Source of the DNA: a bacterium
Lineage (GTDB): Bacteria > Lernaellota > Lernaellaia > Lernaellales > Lernaellaceae
Assembly (NCBI GenBank): GCA_036725605.1
Contig: DAIMDW010000021.1
Coordinates: forward strand, 28,044-92,043
Direction of reading: 5' to 3'
DNA: 64,000 bases
Position 1 is the stretch's first letter, and the number at the start of each line of letters is the position of its first letter. The notes beneath the pieces are model-generated. The model saw nothing but the letters and a program-made list of their open reading frames with translations. It was not told the origin of the DNA and ran no database searches. Shown in pieces: positions 36,321-43,688 of the stretch. The position numbers and the translations under genes are program-made.

Positions 36321-36480
36321 TTGAATGGTCAGCGAAACCCCCGATTAAGGAGGCTCCGCTGGGCGTTCAAATAAATTCCAAACCATCCTTTTCTTTTCAC
36401 TCCATTCCGCCCGGCTGCTTTTCTATCCTTTCCACTCCGCCGCTATCCGTTTGCCTTCTCTCCGGTACACTGCTCGTCTC
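36321..36480 (-). ncRNA. Putative guide RNA: pentamer array 1 (22 units, 17 ending G-N-A) plus 3' hairpin
   Basis: gaGCA gtGTA ccGGA gaGAA ggCAA acGGA taGCG gcGGA gtGGA aaGGA taGAA aaGCA gcCGG gcGGA atGGA gtGAA aaGAA aaGGA tgGTT tgGAA ttTAT ttGAA, then a 13-bp stem CAGCGGAGCCTCC-TTAATC-GGGGGTTTCGCTG. Confidence 0.7.
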
Positions 36481-36483
36481 TAG

Positions 36484-37002
36484 TCATTTTTCTTTTTCCG
36501 CCGCCATGTTCAGGAAGGCTTTGATGTTCGGTGCTTTGCCGCTGATGTTGGCGGGGATCAGTTTCTTGGTGTCCACGGTGGCGACGCGGTAGATCGCGCC
36601 GGTGCGAAGACGCTCCATTTCCAGGTGCCTTTTCGCGTCATCGTCCAGCTGGTCGGCGTTGATCTTGACCAGGACGCCCATGGTTTTTTTCGTGTGGCGC
36701 GTGGCCAATTCCCGACGGCCCTGAGCGAAATCCACCGCCTCTGCCTCGGTAAGGCGGCGGAATCCCACTTTGGTCACGGTGTCGATGAAGATTTCCTCGT
36801 TCCACAGATTCTTTTGAGCGGTGTAGAAACAGCCGCGCTTTTTCTCCTGGTAATCAACGCCACGCCGGGCATGTAATTCCTCGTATGTGATGACCTCGCC
36901 CGGCTCCAAAGCGCGAAGATCGTTCATGAGGGCGGTGGTTTCCGGGCTCATACGAAAAGGCGGGAACCGATTGACGACCTGGGCCTGGGATGATGTGTCC
37001 AT
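36484..37002 (-). CDS. Hypothetical protein with probable winged-HTH, between the RAMP gene and the arrays
   Basis: GGAGG SD then ATG 37002; EVITYEELH...G.DY...RG.FY.A.K.L; the longer 36484-37578 call is an upstream extension overlapping the RAMP gene. Confidence 0.7.
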   Translation of the reverse strand: MDTSSQAQVVNRFPPFRMSPETTALMNDLRALEPGEVITYEELHARRGVDYQEKKRGCFYTAQKNLWNEEIFIDTVTKVGFRRLTEAEAVDFAQGRRELATRHTKKTMGVLVKINADQLDDDAKRHLEMERLRTGAIYRVATVDTKKLIPANISGKAPNIKAFLNMAAEKEK

Positions 37003-37012
37003 GACGACCTCC

Positions 37013-37591
37013 TTATTTCTGCTTCCAGACCAGGTCCTCAACAACGAACCGCCCGTAATAACCGTTGTTCTGGGGGCGGAATCTGCCGAGCCCGTTGAAA
37101 AAGCCGGTGGCGACGATGTGCTCCTCGAAAATGTCCTTGGTGATTTCCGGCGCGGCGATGTGAACGGTCGCCTCGGTGCGCCATTCATCGATGGTGGGAA
37201 ATACGCGGGCGACTCGTTTCGCTCCACCCCGTTTGCCGTCGGAGGGCACGTGGATTTTTTCGGGATAGATGCGCGGGTCTTCGATGTGAACGCCGAGGTA
37301 AAGACGCTGATCGATGGCGATGCCCTTGGTGAACTGGGCGGTAAAACCCCGCTGCGATCCCTTGACCTTTTTGCCGAGAAACTTCGCCGTTTCAGAGAGG
37401 GCGTAATGCAGGGCCATCGGCGGGATGAAAACCTGGCCGTCACGGTCGTAGTGCAGCTTTTCCCGCCAGTGCTCGTCCTCCCACTCGTCGTAGGACTGGT
37501 TTTGGCCCTTTTCGATGTTGAGATACCGGCTGTTGCTGTAGGGCGACTGCCCGATAATCGAGAATTTCGCTTCAACAAATTGGATGCTCAT
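37013..37591 (-). CDS. Stand-alone RAMP/Cas7-like protein (candidate RNA-guided effector)
   Basis: RAMP-like motifs IIGQSPY, FIPPMALHYAL, RVARVFP..DEW, and Gly-rich loop GFFNGLGRFRPQNNGYYGRF.V; GGAG SD; no cas genes or CRISPR array nearby. Confidence 0.75.
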   Translation of the reverse strand: MSIQFVEAKFSIIGQSPYSNSRYLNIEKGQNQSYDEWEDEHWREKLHYDRDGQVFIPPMALHYALSETAKFLGKKVKGSQRGFTAQFTKGIAIDQRLYLGVHIEDPRIYPEKIHVPSDGKRGGAKRVARVFPTIDEWRTEATVHIAAPEITKDIFEEHIVATGFFNGLGRFRPQNNGYYGRFVVEDLVWKQK

Positions 37592-37603
37592 GATATGCTC
37601 CTG

Positions 37604-38164
37604 TCAGTGTGAATGTTCTGTTTCGCCGCCCGCGCCATGGGCGGCTTTTGTTTGCCGTTCCTTTGCTTTGCAGCCCGTTTCTGCCGTTTCCGGTTCTGTC
37701 CGATCCTTTCGTCTTCTTTCCGGTCCAATCGTTTTCCGAAGACATTCGGCCGCCGCGATCAAAAAATGTTCGGTGAAAGCCCGGGCGATCTGCCTGTTGG
37801 AACAGGGGATAACCGGAATGCCTTTGTTAACGACGATGCTGATCAGTGCTCCGAAGACGCTTGCGGGGTGAGCGCCGGATCGGTAGCTGCCGGAGAGGAT
37901 GTCGGAGAGATTTCCCTCGACGACCACGCAGGAATGGGCATATTCGGCGAGCTTTGTAAGTTCCAACCCGAACCTGCGACGATCCGAGATGACGGATTTC
38001 ACAAAATCGTCCAGCGACTTTCGTTCGACAGCGATGGAGGTTTCCATCCCCTCGACCGAATAATCCCCGGCGGGCAATGCGCGGCGTTCCGTCATCACCC
38101 CCTGAAACTCGTAGGGGATCTGTTCCCTGGTATCGATGATGATGGTCGGCGTATTCATGTTCAA
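37604..38164 (-). CDS. ERCC4/XPF-domain nuclease
   Basis: IIIDTREQ.P, LPAGDYS, IAVERKSLDDF, F..EL..L; the last about 45 aa are low-complexity read-through of array 0. Confidence 0.88.
   Translation of the reverse strand: MNMNTPTIIIDTREQIPYEFQGVMTERRALPAGDYSVEGMETSIAVERKSLDDFVKSVISDRRRFGLELTKLAEYAHSCVVVEGNLSDILSGSYRSGAHPASVFGALISIVVNKGIPVIPCSNRQIARAFTEHFLIAAAECLRKTIGPERRRKDRTEPETAETGCKAKERQTKAAHGAGGETEHSH
37625..37738 (-). ncRNA. Putative guide RNA: pentamer array 0 (17 units, 12 ending G-N-A) plus 7-bp GC hairpin, overlapping the ERCC4 tail
   Basis: cgGAA aaCGA ttGGA ccGGA aaGAA gaCGA aaGGA tcGGA caGAA ccGGA aaCGG caGAA acGGG ctGCA aaGCA aaGGA acGGC, then GCCGCCC-ATGGCGC-GGGCGGC. Confidence 0.65.
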
Positions 38165-38628
38165 AACGCCGACAACGCGCTTTTGGCGGCGTCCTGATAA
38201 TCGCCGTCCGGATTCTCAAGCACGATGCGTTTGTTGAAATAAATGTTGGAATACTCGCCGCGCGTGCGCTTCGTGACCTCGAGTCCCACGTCCAGAAGTT
38301 CGTTCAGGCGATTCGGAAGATCGGACAGTTTGGCCAGTTCCAGTCCGCAGAGGAGCAAATCGGCCTTCAAATATTTCAGGTTATCCCGGCTGGCCATTAC
38401 GCTGTTGCGAAAGAGCATGCGGCCGCGATGCTGGGGACCGAGCACCCGCAACTGCCACTTGAGCATGGGGGCGCCGTTCTGCGTGTTCCCCATTTCGACC
38501 TTTTCCACCTTGGCTTGATATTTTCCATCGGGAAGGTCGTCGAACTGGTTGGGTTCCACTTCCGCTGCCGCGTAATCATCATCCAGCGCGGCGAGATCGA
38601 AGTTCTGGTTGTCGTATTGGTCTGTCAT
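38161..38628 (-). CDS. DUF669 family (phage SSB-like) protein
   Basis: FDDLPDGKYQA.V, G.PMLKWQLRV, GRMLF; ATG 38628 after GGAGG. Confidence 0.8.
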   Translation of the reverse strand: MTDQYDNQNFDLAALDDDYAAAEVEPNQFDDLPDGKYQAKVEKVEMGNTQNGAPMLKWQLRVLGPQHRGRMLFRNSVMASRDNLKYLKADLLLCGLELAKLSDLPNRLNELLDVGLEVTKRTRGEYSNIYFNKRIVLENPDGDYQDAAKSALSAF

Positions 38629-38644
38629 TATCGTATCCTCCGTG

Positions 38645-39388
38645 TTATTGGGTTTTCTTGGTCGTGGATTGGGATTTGGGTTCGCTTGCGGGTTTGCCGT
38701 TGAAAGCCCGCACAAAGGCGTCGTAATTGAGGTCGATCACTTCGGGCAGTCGCCCCGTGCGATCACCGGCCTCGTAACCGGGATGAGGCTGCGTGCGCAT
38801 GACCCGGCGAATGGACTGCTTGCCATCCGGCCCGGAAACGGTTTCCAAATCGCAGTACAAGATCATGTCCGCGAGGCCCAGAATGAGTTTGCGGGGTTTT
38901 TCGGGCAGCGACGGTACCGTCTTGTGTTTGGGGCCGGTGCGGGTCTGGATTTCCTGGACCGTCGCGTGGGAAATCAAGATCAGACCGAAGTCCAGCATGC
39001 TCATTTTGTTGATGACCCGCGTGAATTCGTTGAGGACGAGGCTGTGACCTTTGCCGTAAGAAAGATCTCCTTCGAAATCGACTTTGTGTTTTTCGCAGAT
39101 GTAGCGTCGGCAGTAGAACCAGGCGTTATCGACGGTGTCCACGATGATGTTTTTGAAATCGTGATTGCCGGACGCCAGTTCGTTGCAGGCCTCCAGAAGC
39201 TTCTCCCAGCAATCAATATTCACTTGATAGGTGGAAAGGGCATTGAGGCCGGCCTCGGTCGCCAAAAATATGGCGTTCGGAAAACCGCTGGCCCACGTCG
39301 ATTTTCCACCCTTCGGGTGTCCGTAACAGAAGATGTTGAAGTCACTGAGTTCCGTCAGGGGTTCGGTTTTTTGCTTTGGTAAAAGCAT
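38645..39388 (-). CDS. AAA_24 / Sak4-like recombination ATPase
   Basis: YGHPKGGKST, FLATEAG, IIVDTVD, LILISH. Confidence 0.82.
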   Translation of the reverse strand: MLLPKQKTEPLTELSDFNIFCYGHPKGGKSTWASGFPNAIFLATEAGLNALSTYQVNIDCWEKLLEACNELASGNHDFKNIIVDTVDNAWFYCRRYICEKHKVDFEGDLSYGKGHSLVLNEFTRVINKMSMLDFGLILISHATVQEIQTRTGPKHKTVPSLPEKPRKLILGLADMILYCDLETVSGPDGKQSIRRVMRTQPHPGYEAGDRTGRLPEVIDLNYDAFVRAFNGKPASEPKSQSTTKKTQ

Positions 39389-39402
39389 GGCTGTCTCCTT
39401 CG

Positions 39403-40422
39403 TCAAAAAATGGGCTGGTTGTTTGTGTTGTCATCGTCGATAAGCTCGGAATGCGGCGGCTCGATGCGGTACAGGTTGTCGCGGACCAGGGGCGACATGC
39501 CGCTGCTGCAAAGCGGGTAATACGCGCAGGGGCGATTCCACTTGAAGCAGAAATCGGTGTTCTGATACCAGGAGTCCCGCCTGCGAGCGTCGAGGAAGCT
39601 CTGAGTCAGTTCCCAAAGTTCCGCCTGGAGCATGGCAAAGCGGTCGCGGGAGATATACAGCACCTCCCGATGGAACATCCCCGGTTCGGAATACTTTTCT
39701 GCGAGGCGAGCCTGATAATCATCGTCGCTTTCCGGCAACCGCCGTTTTGCCGATGATTTGCCGGTCTTCGATTTGGCAATGAGTGCGGCGCGGCGAACTT
39801 CGAACTCGGTCTCGGTCTCGCCTTTGGATTGCTGGAGCCTGGCCTTACAGAGGATGTTATAGATCACCCCGGAAATGCGAATGCTCAGGGCTTTTTCGAT
39901 GTACCAGCTGTAAAGGATGATCTGAAAATCGGTCCAGAGCCGTTCCAGGTAACCCGAATCGATGTTCGACGCGGTTTTGTGTTCGAGTAGGAAATACTCA
40001 CCCCCGTCTTTGACGATTCCGTCGACTTTCCCAGCCAAAATGAAACTGCGCGACGCCGCCCCGGTAGCGGGGTTGATAATCTCCCCCTGGAACGTTTTTT
40101 CCAGGGCGATAACATCGAAATCCTCTTCCGGGTAAAGAGCGGCATAAGCCCTCATCATTGCGATCGCCAGATGCCAGTCCCGATTCTGGTCGTCATCGGA
40201 GGCGCGATCCGGATATGCGCGATCGATAAGATCGAGCACCTTGTCGAGATTGCGGGTCCGGTGCCAGCATTCGAGGAACCGGTGGATGGCCGAGCCGAAG
40301 AGAAGATTATGATCTTCCGACAACGTGACGAGATGCTCGATGTATCGCTTCATGCATGCCATGCGGCAATTTCTGAAAAGGCTCCACATGGAATAGGTTG
40401 AAATCATTCGTTCGGCGGTCAT
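39403..40422 (-). CDS. PD-(D/E)XK nuclease (RecB/Cas4-like exonuclease)
   Basis: FRNCR, GSAIH, LAGKVDGI, LLEHKT, Q...Y, CFKWNRPCAYYPLC (four-Cys Fe-S-type arrangement). Confidence 0.82.
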   Translation of the reverse strand: MTAERMISTYSMWSLFRNCRMACMKRYIEHLVTLSEDHNLLFGSAIHRFLECWHRTRNLDKVLDLIDRAYPDRASDDDQNRDWHLAIAMMRAYAALYPEEDFDVIALEKTFQGEIINPATGAASRSFILAGKVDGIVKDGGEYFLLEHKTASNIDSGYLERLWTDFQIILYSWYIEKALSIRISGVIYNILCKARLQQSKGETETEFEVRRAALIAKSKTGKSSAKRRLPESDDDYQARLAEKYSEPGMFHREVLYISRDRFAMLQAELWELTQSFLDARRRDSWYQNTDFCFKWNRPCAYYPLCSSGMSPLVRDNLYRIEPPHSELIDDDNTNNQPIF

Positions 40423-40864
40423 ACGGATTTCTCCTTTTTGAGGTGCAGCATATCGAAAGCGAGGGTCCGAAATTTTGGCCCGACCCTCATGCAAGGGGAC
40501 TTTTCACTTTGTTTCCCATGGGAAGACAGAGACAAAGGCGCTTTGTGTGGCCCCTTGAAATGCCATATGGAATCCCTTGGAAGATCCGGGCAAAAAGCAA
40601 CGAAAAACGGCGCAAAATCGTGGATGAGTTTTCGGTACTTTTTATTAAAAACTCTTCCAGCGGGGAGGCGGGGAAGCTCTCTCGGCGTTTGCAAAGGCCC
40701 TCCTCGTTCAAGTATCCTGGACCTACGGCAGGTAATAAGGTTTGATTCGTTGATCGAACCGGCAGGTGTCCACCACTTCCAACGGGCTCCCGGGAACTAC
40801 AAGGTCATCGTCCGGGGCGTAGAGAATTTGCGGAGGAAGTTTATCAATCCGAAGGCATCGGAAG

Positions 40865-41149
40865 ATGAAACGCGATATCCTTATACCAACCCTTCGCAAG
40901 TTGGCCAAGCAGGCAGCCAACCTTCAGACGGAAGCCAAGCGTCTGGGGCTGTTCACAGACGACCGCGAGCTTCTGACCTGTCCGAAATGCGGCTTGATGG
41001 AAGACGTTCGAATCGATGGAAGATTGTTCACCTGCTGTTTGGACGATCCCAATTCGGATACCGGCCTGCGGTTCGTTGAATACGATGGTTCGGAAGGACT
41101 CTTTCGGTGCCCGGCGTGCGGTACGGAAATCATTTCGAGGCGTGAATAA
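40865..41149 (+). CDS. Small Zn-ribbon hypothetical protein
   Basis: LLTCPKCGLMED, FRCPACG. Confidence 0.65.
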   Translation: MKRDILIPTLRKLAKQAANLQTEAKRLGLFTDDRELLTCPKCGLMEDVRIDGRLFTCCLDDPNSDTGLRFVEYDGSEGLFRCPACGTEIISRRE

Positions 41150-41229
41150 GAATAAGCGCAGGACCGGCCTCAGACACTACCACCGACTCTGCCTGGACTC
41201 GGTTCCGAGCAGCGGTCGGGGGACAAGGT

Positions 41230-41991
41230 TCAAGAATCCAAACGATAAATCCGTCGGATTTCCTCCAATATGGAATCGCGATTCTCGCCGCGCAGGCCAA
41301 GCGCCTTAAGGTCAATCTTCTCGTCACGCATGCGCTCGACAAACTCCCGCAGGTCGCTCCGAACCTTTTCCGGCACTTCCCCGGCGAACTCGGGGTCCAC
41401 AATCTGATACAGGCGGAACACATCGTTCTTGTGCTTTTTGACGGCCGTGCTGTCGATGGACTGCCCTTCGGCTTTGCGTGCGGCCATGTCGAGCCAGGCA
41501 TGCGCTTTGAGCGGCAGCAGGTGCTCCGGACCGAGATAGGACAGTCCATCGGCGTTCTTCCGTCCGGCCTGGATGAACTGATAGTAGTCGTCGTCCATGA
41601 GGATTGCGGACAGGCTCGATACCTCCTCCTCCATCGGAATCGGCGTCAAGTGCGCGCCGTCGGCAAGGTCGAGTACGTCCGGTCGCCGTGTGAACAACTC
41701 CAGCATGAATGGGTAATCGGCAATCGTTGGCTTCTGAAACCGATAGAACTGTCGACCGCCCATCGCCTTCTGCTGCAGCTGATATCCGCCAGCGTGGACG
41801 AAGTCCCAGAACGCCTTCACGAACGCCGCGTCGAGCGCTTCAAGGCATAGGACTATGTCGAGGTCCTTGGTCGCGCGGAACGCGATGCCTGCCACGTCCA
41901 TTGCCAAGTCACACGCCGTGCCGCCGATCAACACGTACTGGTCCGCAAAGGATCGAAAGTGCTCTTTGAAGATTTCCAGGCCTTTTACCAT
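41230..41991 (-). CDS. Nucleotidyltransferase toxin (AbiEii/type IV TA-like)
   Basis: YVLIGGTAC...RATKDLDIV polymerase-beta-type motif, KHKNDVFRL. Confidence 0.75.
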   Translation of the reverse strand: MVKGLEIFKEHFRSFADQYVLIGGTACDLAMDVAGIAFRATKDLDIVLCLEALDAAFVKAFWDFVHAGGYQLQQKAMGGRQFYRFQKPTIADYPFMLELFTRRPDVLDLADGAHLTPIPMEEEVSSLSAILMDDDYYQFIQAGRKNADGLSYLGPEHLLPLKAHAWLDMAARKAEGQSIDSTAVKKHKNDVFRLYQIVDPEFAGEVPEKVRSDLREFVERMRDEKIDLKALGLRGENRDSILEEIRRIYRLDS

Positions 41992-42971
41992 TGAACGGTT
42001 CGCATCATTTGTTCGAGAGCGGCCTCGACGCGTTCATCTTGAACATCCTTAAGCGATAGGTACAGCGACCACGGATCGATGATGCCGTCTAAGGTGAAAA
42101 GCTCCGGGTCGTATCCCCAAATCTCGATCTCTGCCGCATCAGACTCCGGGACCGGCAGTTCGACGACTTTGGATTTCGCCTTCAGAGCATTCCACGTGTC
42201 CCGGCTCAAGGCGTACACGTCGTGGTCTGGTTCCGCAAGATCGGTTTGACGTGCAAGGGCCGTCAATCCCGCGACAGGACCTGGATGAAGATTCTTCGGC
42301 AGCCGGACATGGATGCGCTTCTTCACCGGGCTGCGAAGGAACGGTAGGGCTTTTTCCCAGAGCGCTCTGCGCGGTATGGAAGGGGTCAGGACGCGCTGCC
42401 GTCCCTCCTGGACGATCTTGTCCAGGTTCGCGGCCTCCAATTCATCGAAAGCCCGCGTCATCGACATGGTCGTGTAACCCAGGTCGTGCGCGGCCGCCGC
42501 TGGTGTAATCCTAGTTTCCCGATCCTGACGGCGTAGCAAATGGATGAACAGGGCTTGCGTCGCCGGGGCGAACCTTGGCGTTTCAACCTGGAGCTTACGG
42601 AAGTGCTCGCGCAGGTCGATACCCAACATCGGGAGATACATCTGGTTGCCGGGAACGACGAACGGTACCTTCTGCGCAATCAACCGCTTACGGTTGTACG
42701 AGGTGACCCGGTCGCGCACGTAGACGATGTCCGCATTCCATTTTTCCCGGATCAACGCCATGTGCTTGCGGATCGTGGCGGGGGAGATTTCCTCTCTCGC
42801 CAGGTCCCGCATAATCAGGCAAGGCGCGTCGTTGATCCGCGTCTCGAAGAACGCATAAAGGTTCCTCAGAACGGCGGGCAGACGATTGCCACCGGTCCAC
42901 GGCTTGGTGGTGACCTGAACGTCGAGTGCCTCCTTCAGGTATCGCTCGAAGTCGATTAGCTCGTTCTTCAT
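41985..42971 (-). CDS. HTH regulator / cognate antitoxin (AbiEi-like)
   Basis: QKVPFVVPGNQMYLP, HTH ITPAAAAHDLGYTTMSMTRAFDEL, D.RVEAALEQM; overlaps the toxin start. Confidence 0.7.
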   Translation of the reverse strand: MKNELIDFERYLKEALDVQVTTKPWTGGNRLPAVLRNLYAFFETRINDAPCLIMRDLAREEISPATIRKHMALIREKWNADIVYVRDRVTSYNRKRLIAQKVPFVVPGNQMYLPMLGIDLREHFRKLQVETPRFAPATQALFIHLLRRQDRETRITPAAAAHDLGYTTMSMTRAFDELEAANLDKIVQEGRQRVLTPSIPRRALWEKALPFLRSPVKKRIHVRLPKNLHPGPVAGLTALARQTDLAEPDHDVYALSRDTWNALKAKSKVVELPVPESDAAEIEIWGYDPELFTLDGIIDPWSLYLSLKDVQDERVEAALEQMMRTVQW

Positions 42972-43238
42972 CGCATCTCCGCACATATATTCTGCACAGT
43001 AACCTATATAAAGTTATCGTGCGTGTCAAGAGTTAGTTTCAGGGGAAAGCCATGTATTTCATCATGAAGGCGAGCATGAGCAAGCCAGGGAAAAACCACT
43101 AAACGATTTTACCATGCATCGATGTTTCTAAACGCATTTCCGATTGCGTACCCTTGGGATAGGGCTGTCGCAGAAAAGTACCATAGTTTCGCACACCCTG
43201 GAACTTGCAAATTTCAGTCGTCGCCAATTACCTTACCG

Positions 43239-43306
43239 ATGGAACAGTTGCGGGGTGGAAACTTCCATTATTTACCCTTGCCCTCCTCATGGGGGAGCAA
43301 TATTCT
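43239..43306 (+). promoter_or_regulatory. Operator motif copy 2 plus promoter TTGCCC-N17-TATTCT
   Basis: ATGGAA CAGTTGCGGGGTGGAAAC TTCCAT; the -35/-10 pair is identical to the one near 55799. Confidence 0.65.
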
Positions 43307-43332
43307 GGATCAAGCTGGAGAAAGGCGAGATC

Positions 43333-43467
43333 ATGAGAAAAGTGATTGCACTGATTCATCGGATGGCAGCGGAACGATTTTTCGGAAGCGTTACGCTCCG
43401 TTTCGAGAACGGCCGAATCCGGCACATAAAGATCGAGCAGTCTTTACAGACAAGCGACTTTTCATGA
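43333..43467 (+). CDS. YezD/DUF2292-like small protein, copy 1
   Basis: FFGSVTLRFENGRIRHIKIEQS. Confidence 0.65.
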   Translation: MRKVIALIHRMAAERFFGSVTLRFENGRIRHIKIEQSLQTSDFS

Positions 43468-43521
43468 CGGCAGACAAACGACAACAAGAAAAAAGGAACC
43501 ACAGTTAACCCGTAATTTCGG

Positions 43522-43676
43522 GTGACAATTCGTTTTCTTTTGGGGTTGTCGAAAAAATCGAGCCCCGGCGAAGCGGAAGGCAAAGCCTTCACATGGCCCT
43601 ACGAGGTAATCGGAAGAACCGATCCCGCGTTGGACCGAAGGCGAGGTCCTTCCGTTTCGGCGGGGCTTTTCTTTTT
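43522..43676 (+). promoter_or_regulatory. Terminator/antiterminator leader ahead of primase B
   Basis: GGGG-TTG-TCGA-AAAAA-TCGA-G-CCCC hairpin overlaps the 5' arm of a 20-bp stem ending CGGGGCT-TTTCTTTT. Confidence 0.6.
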
Positions 43677-43688
43677 GAGGGGGTCGCA

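Larger units (their letters stand above)
24550..40500. mobile_element. Satellite-like unit A (integrase operon on +, replication/recombination operon on -)
   Basis: Gene-by-gene homology to unit B in inverted orientation. Confidence 0.7.

Noticed and set aside
36103-37738. Canonical CRISPR array near the Cas7-like and Cas4-like genes
   Set aside because: No 23-47 nt direct repeats with unique spacers were seen anywhere in the window; the repeats are 5-nt periodic
39403-40422. Calling the PD-(D/E)XK gene cas4
   Set aside because: No cas1/cas2; its Sak4-like and SSB neighbours fit a phage recombination exonuclease
40438-41079. 213-aa plus-strand ORF
   Set aside because: Overlaps the better-supported Zn-ribbon gene in another frame and spans the A-rich promoter region of unit A
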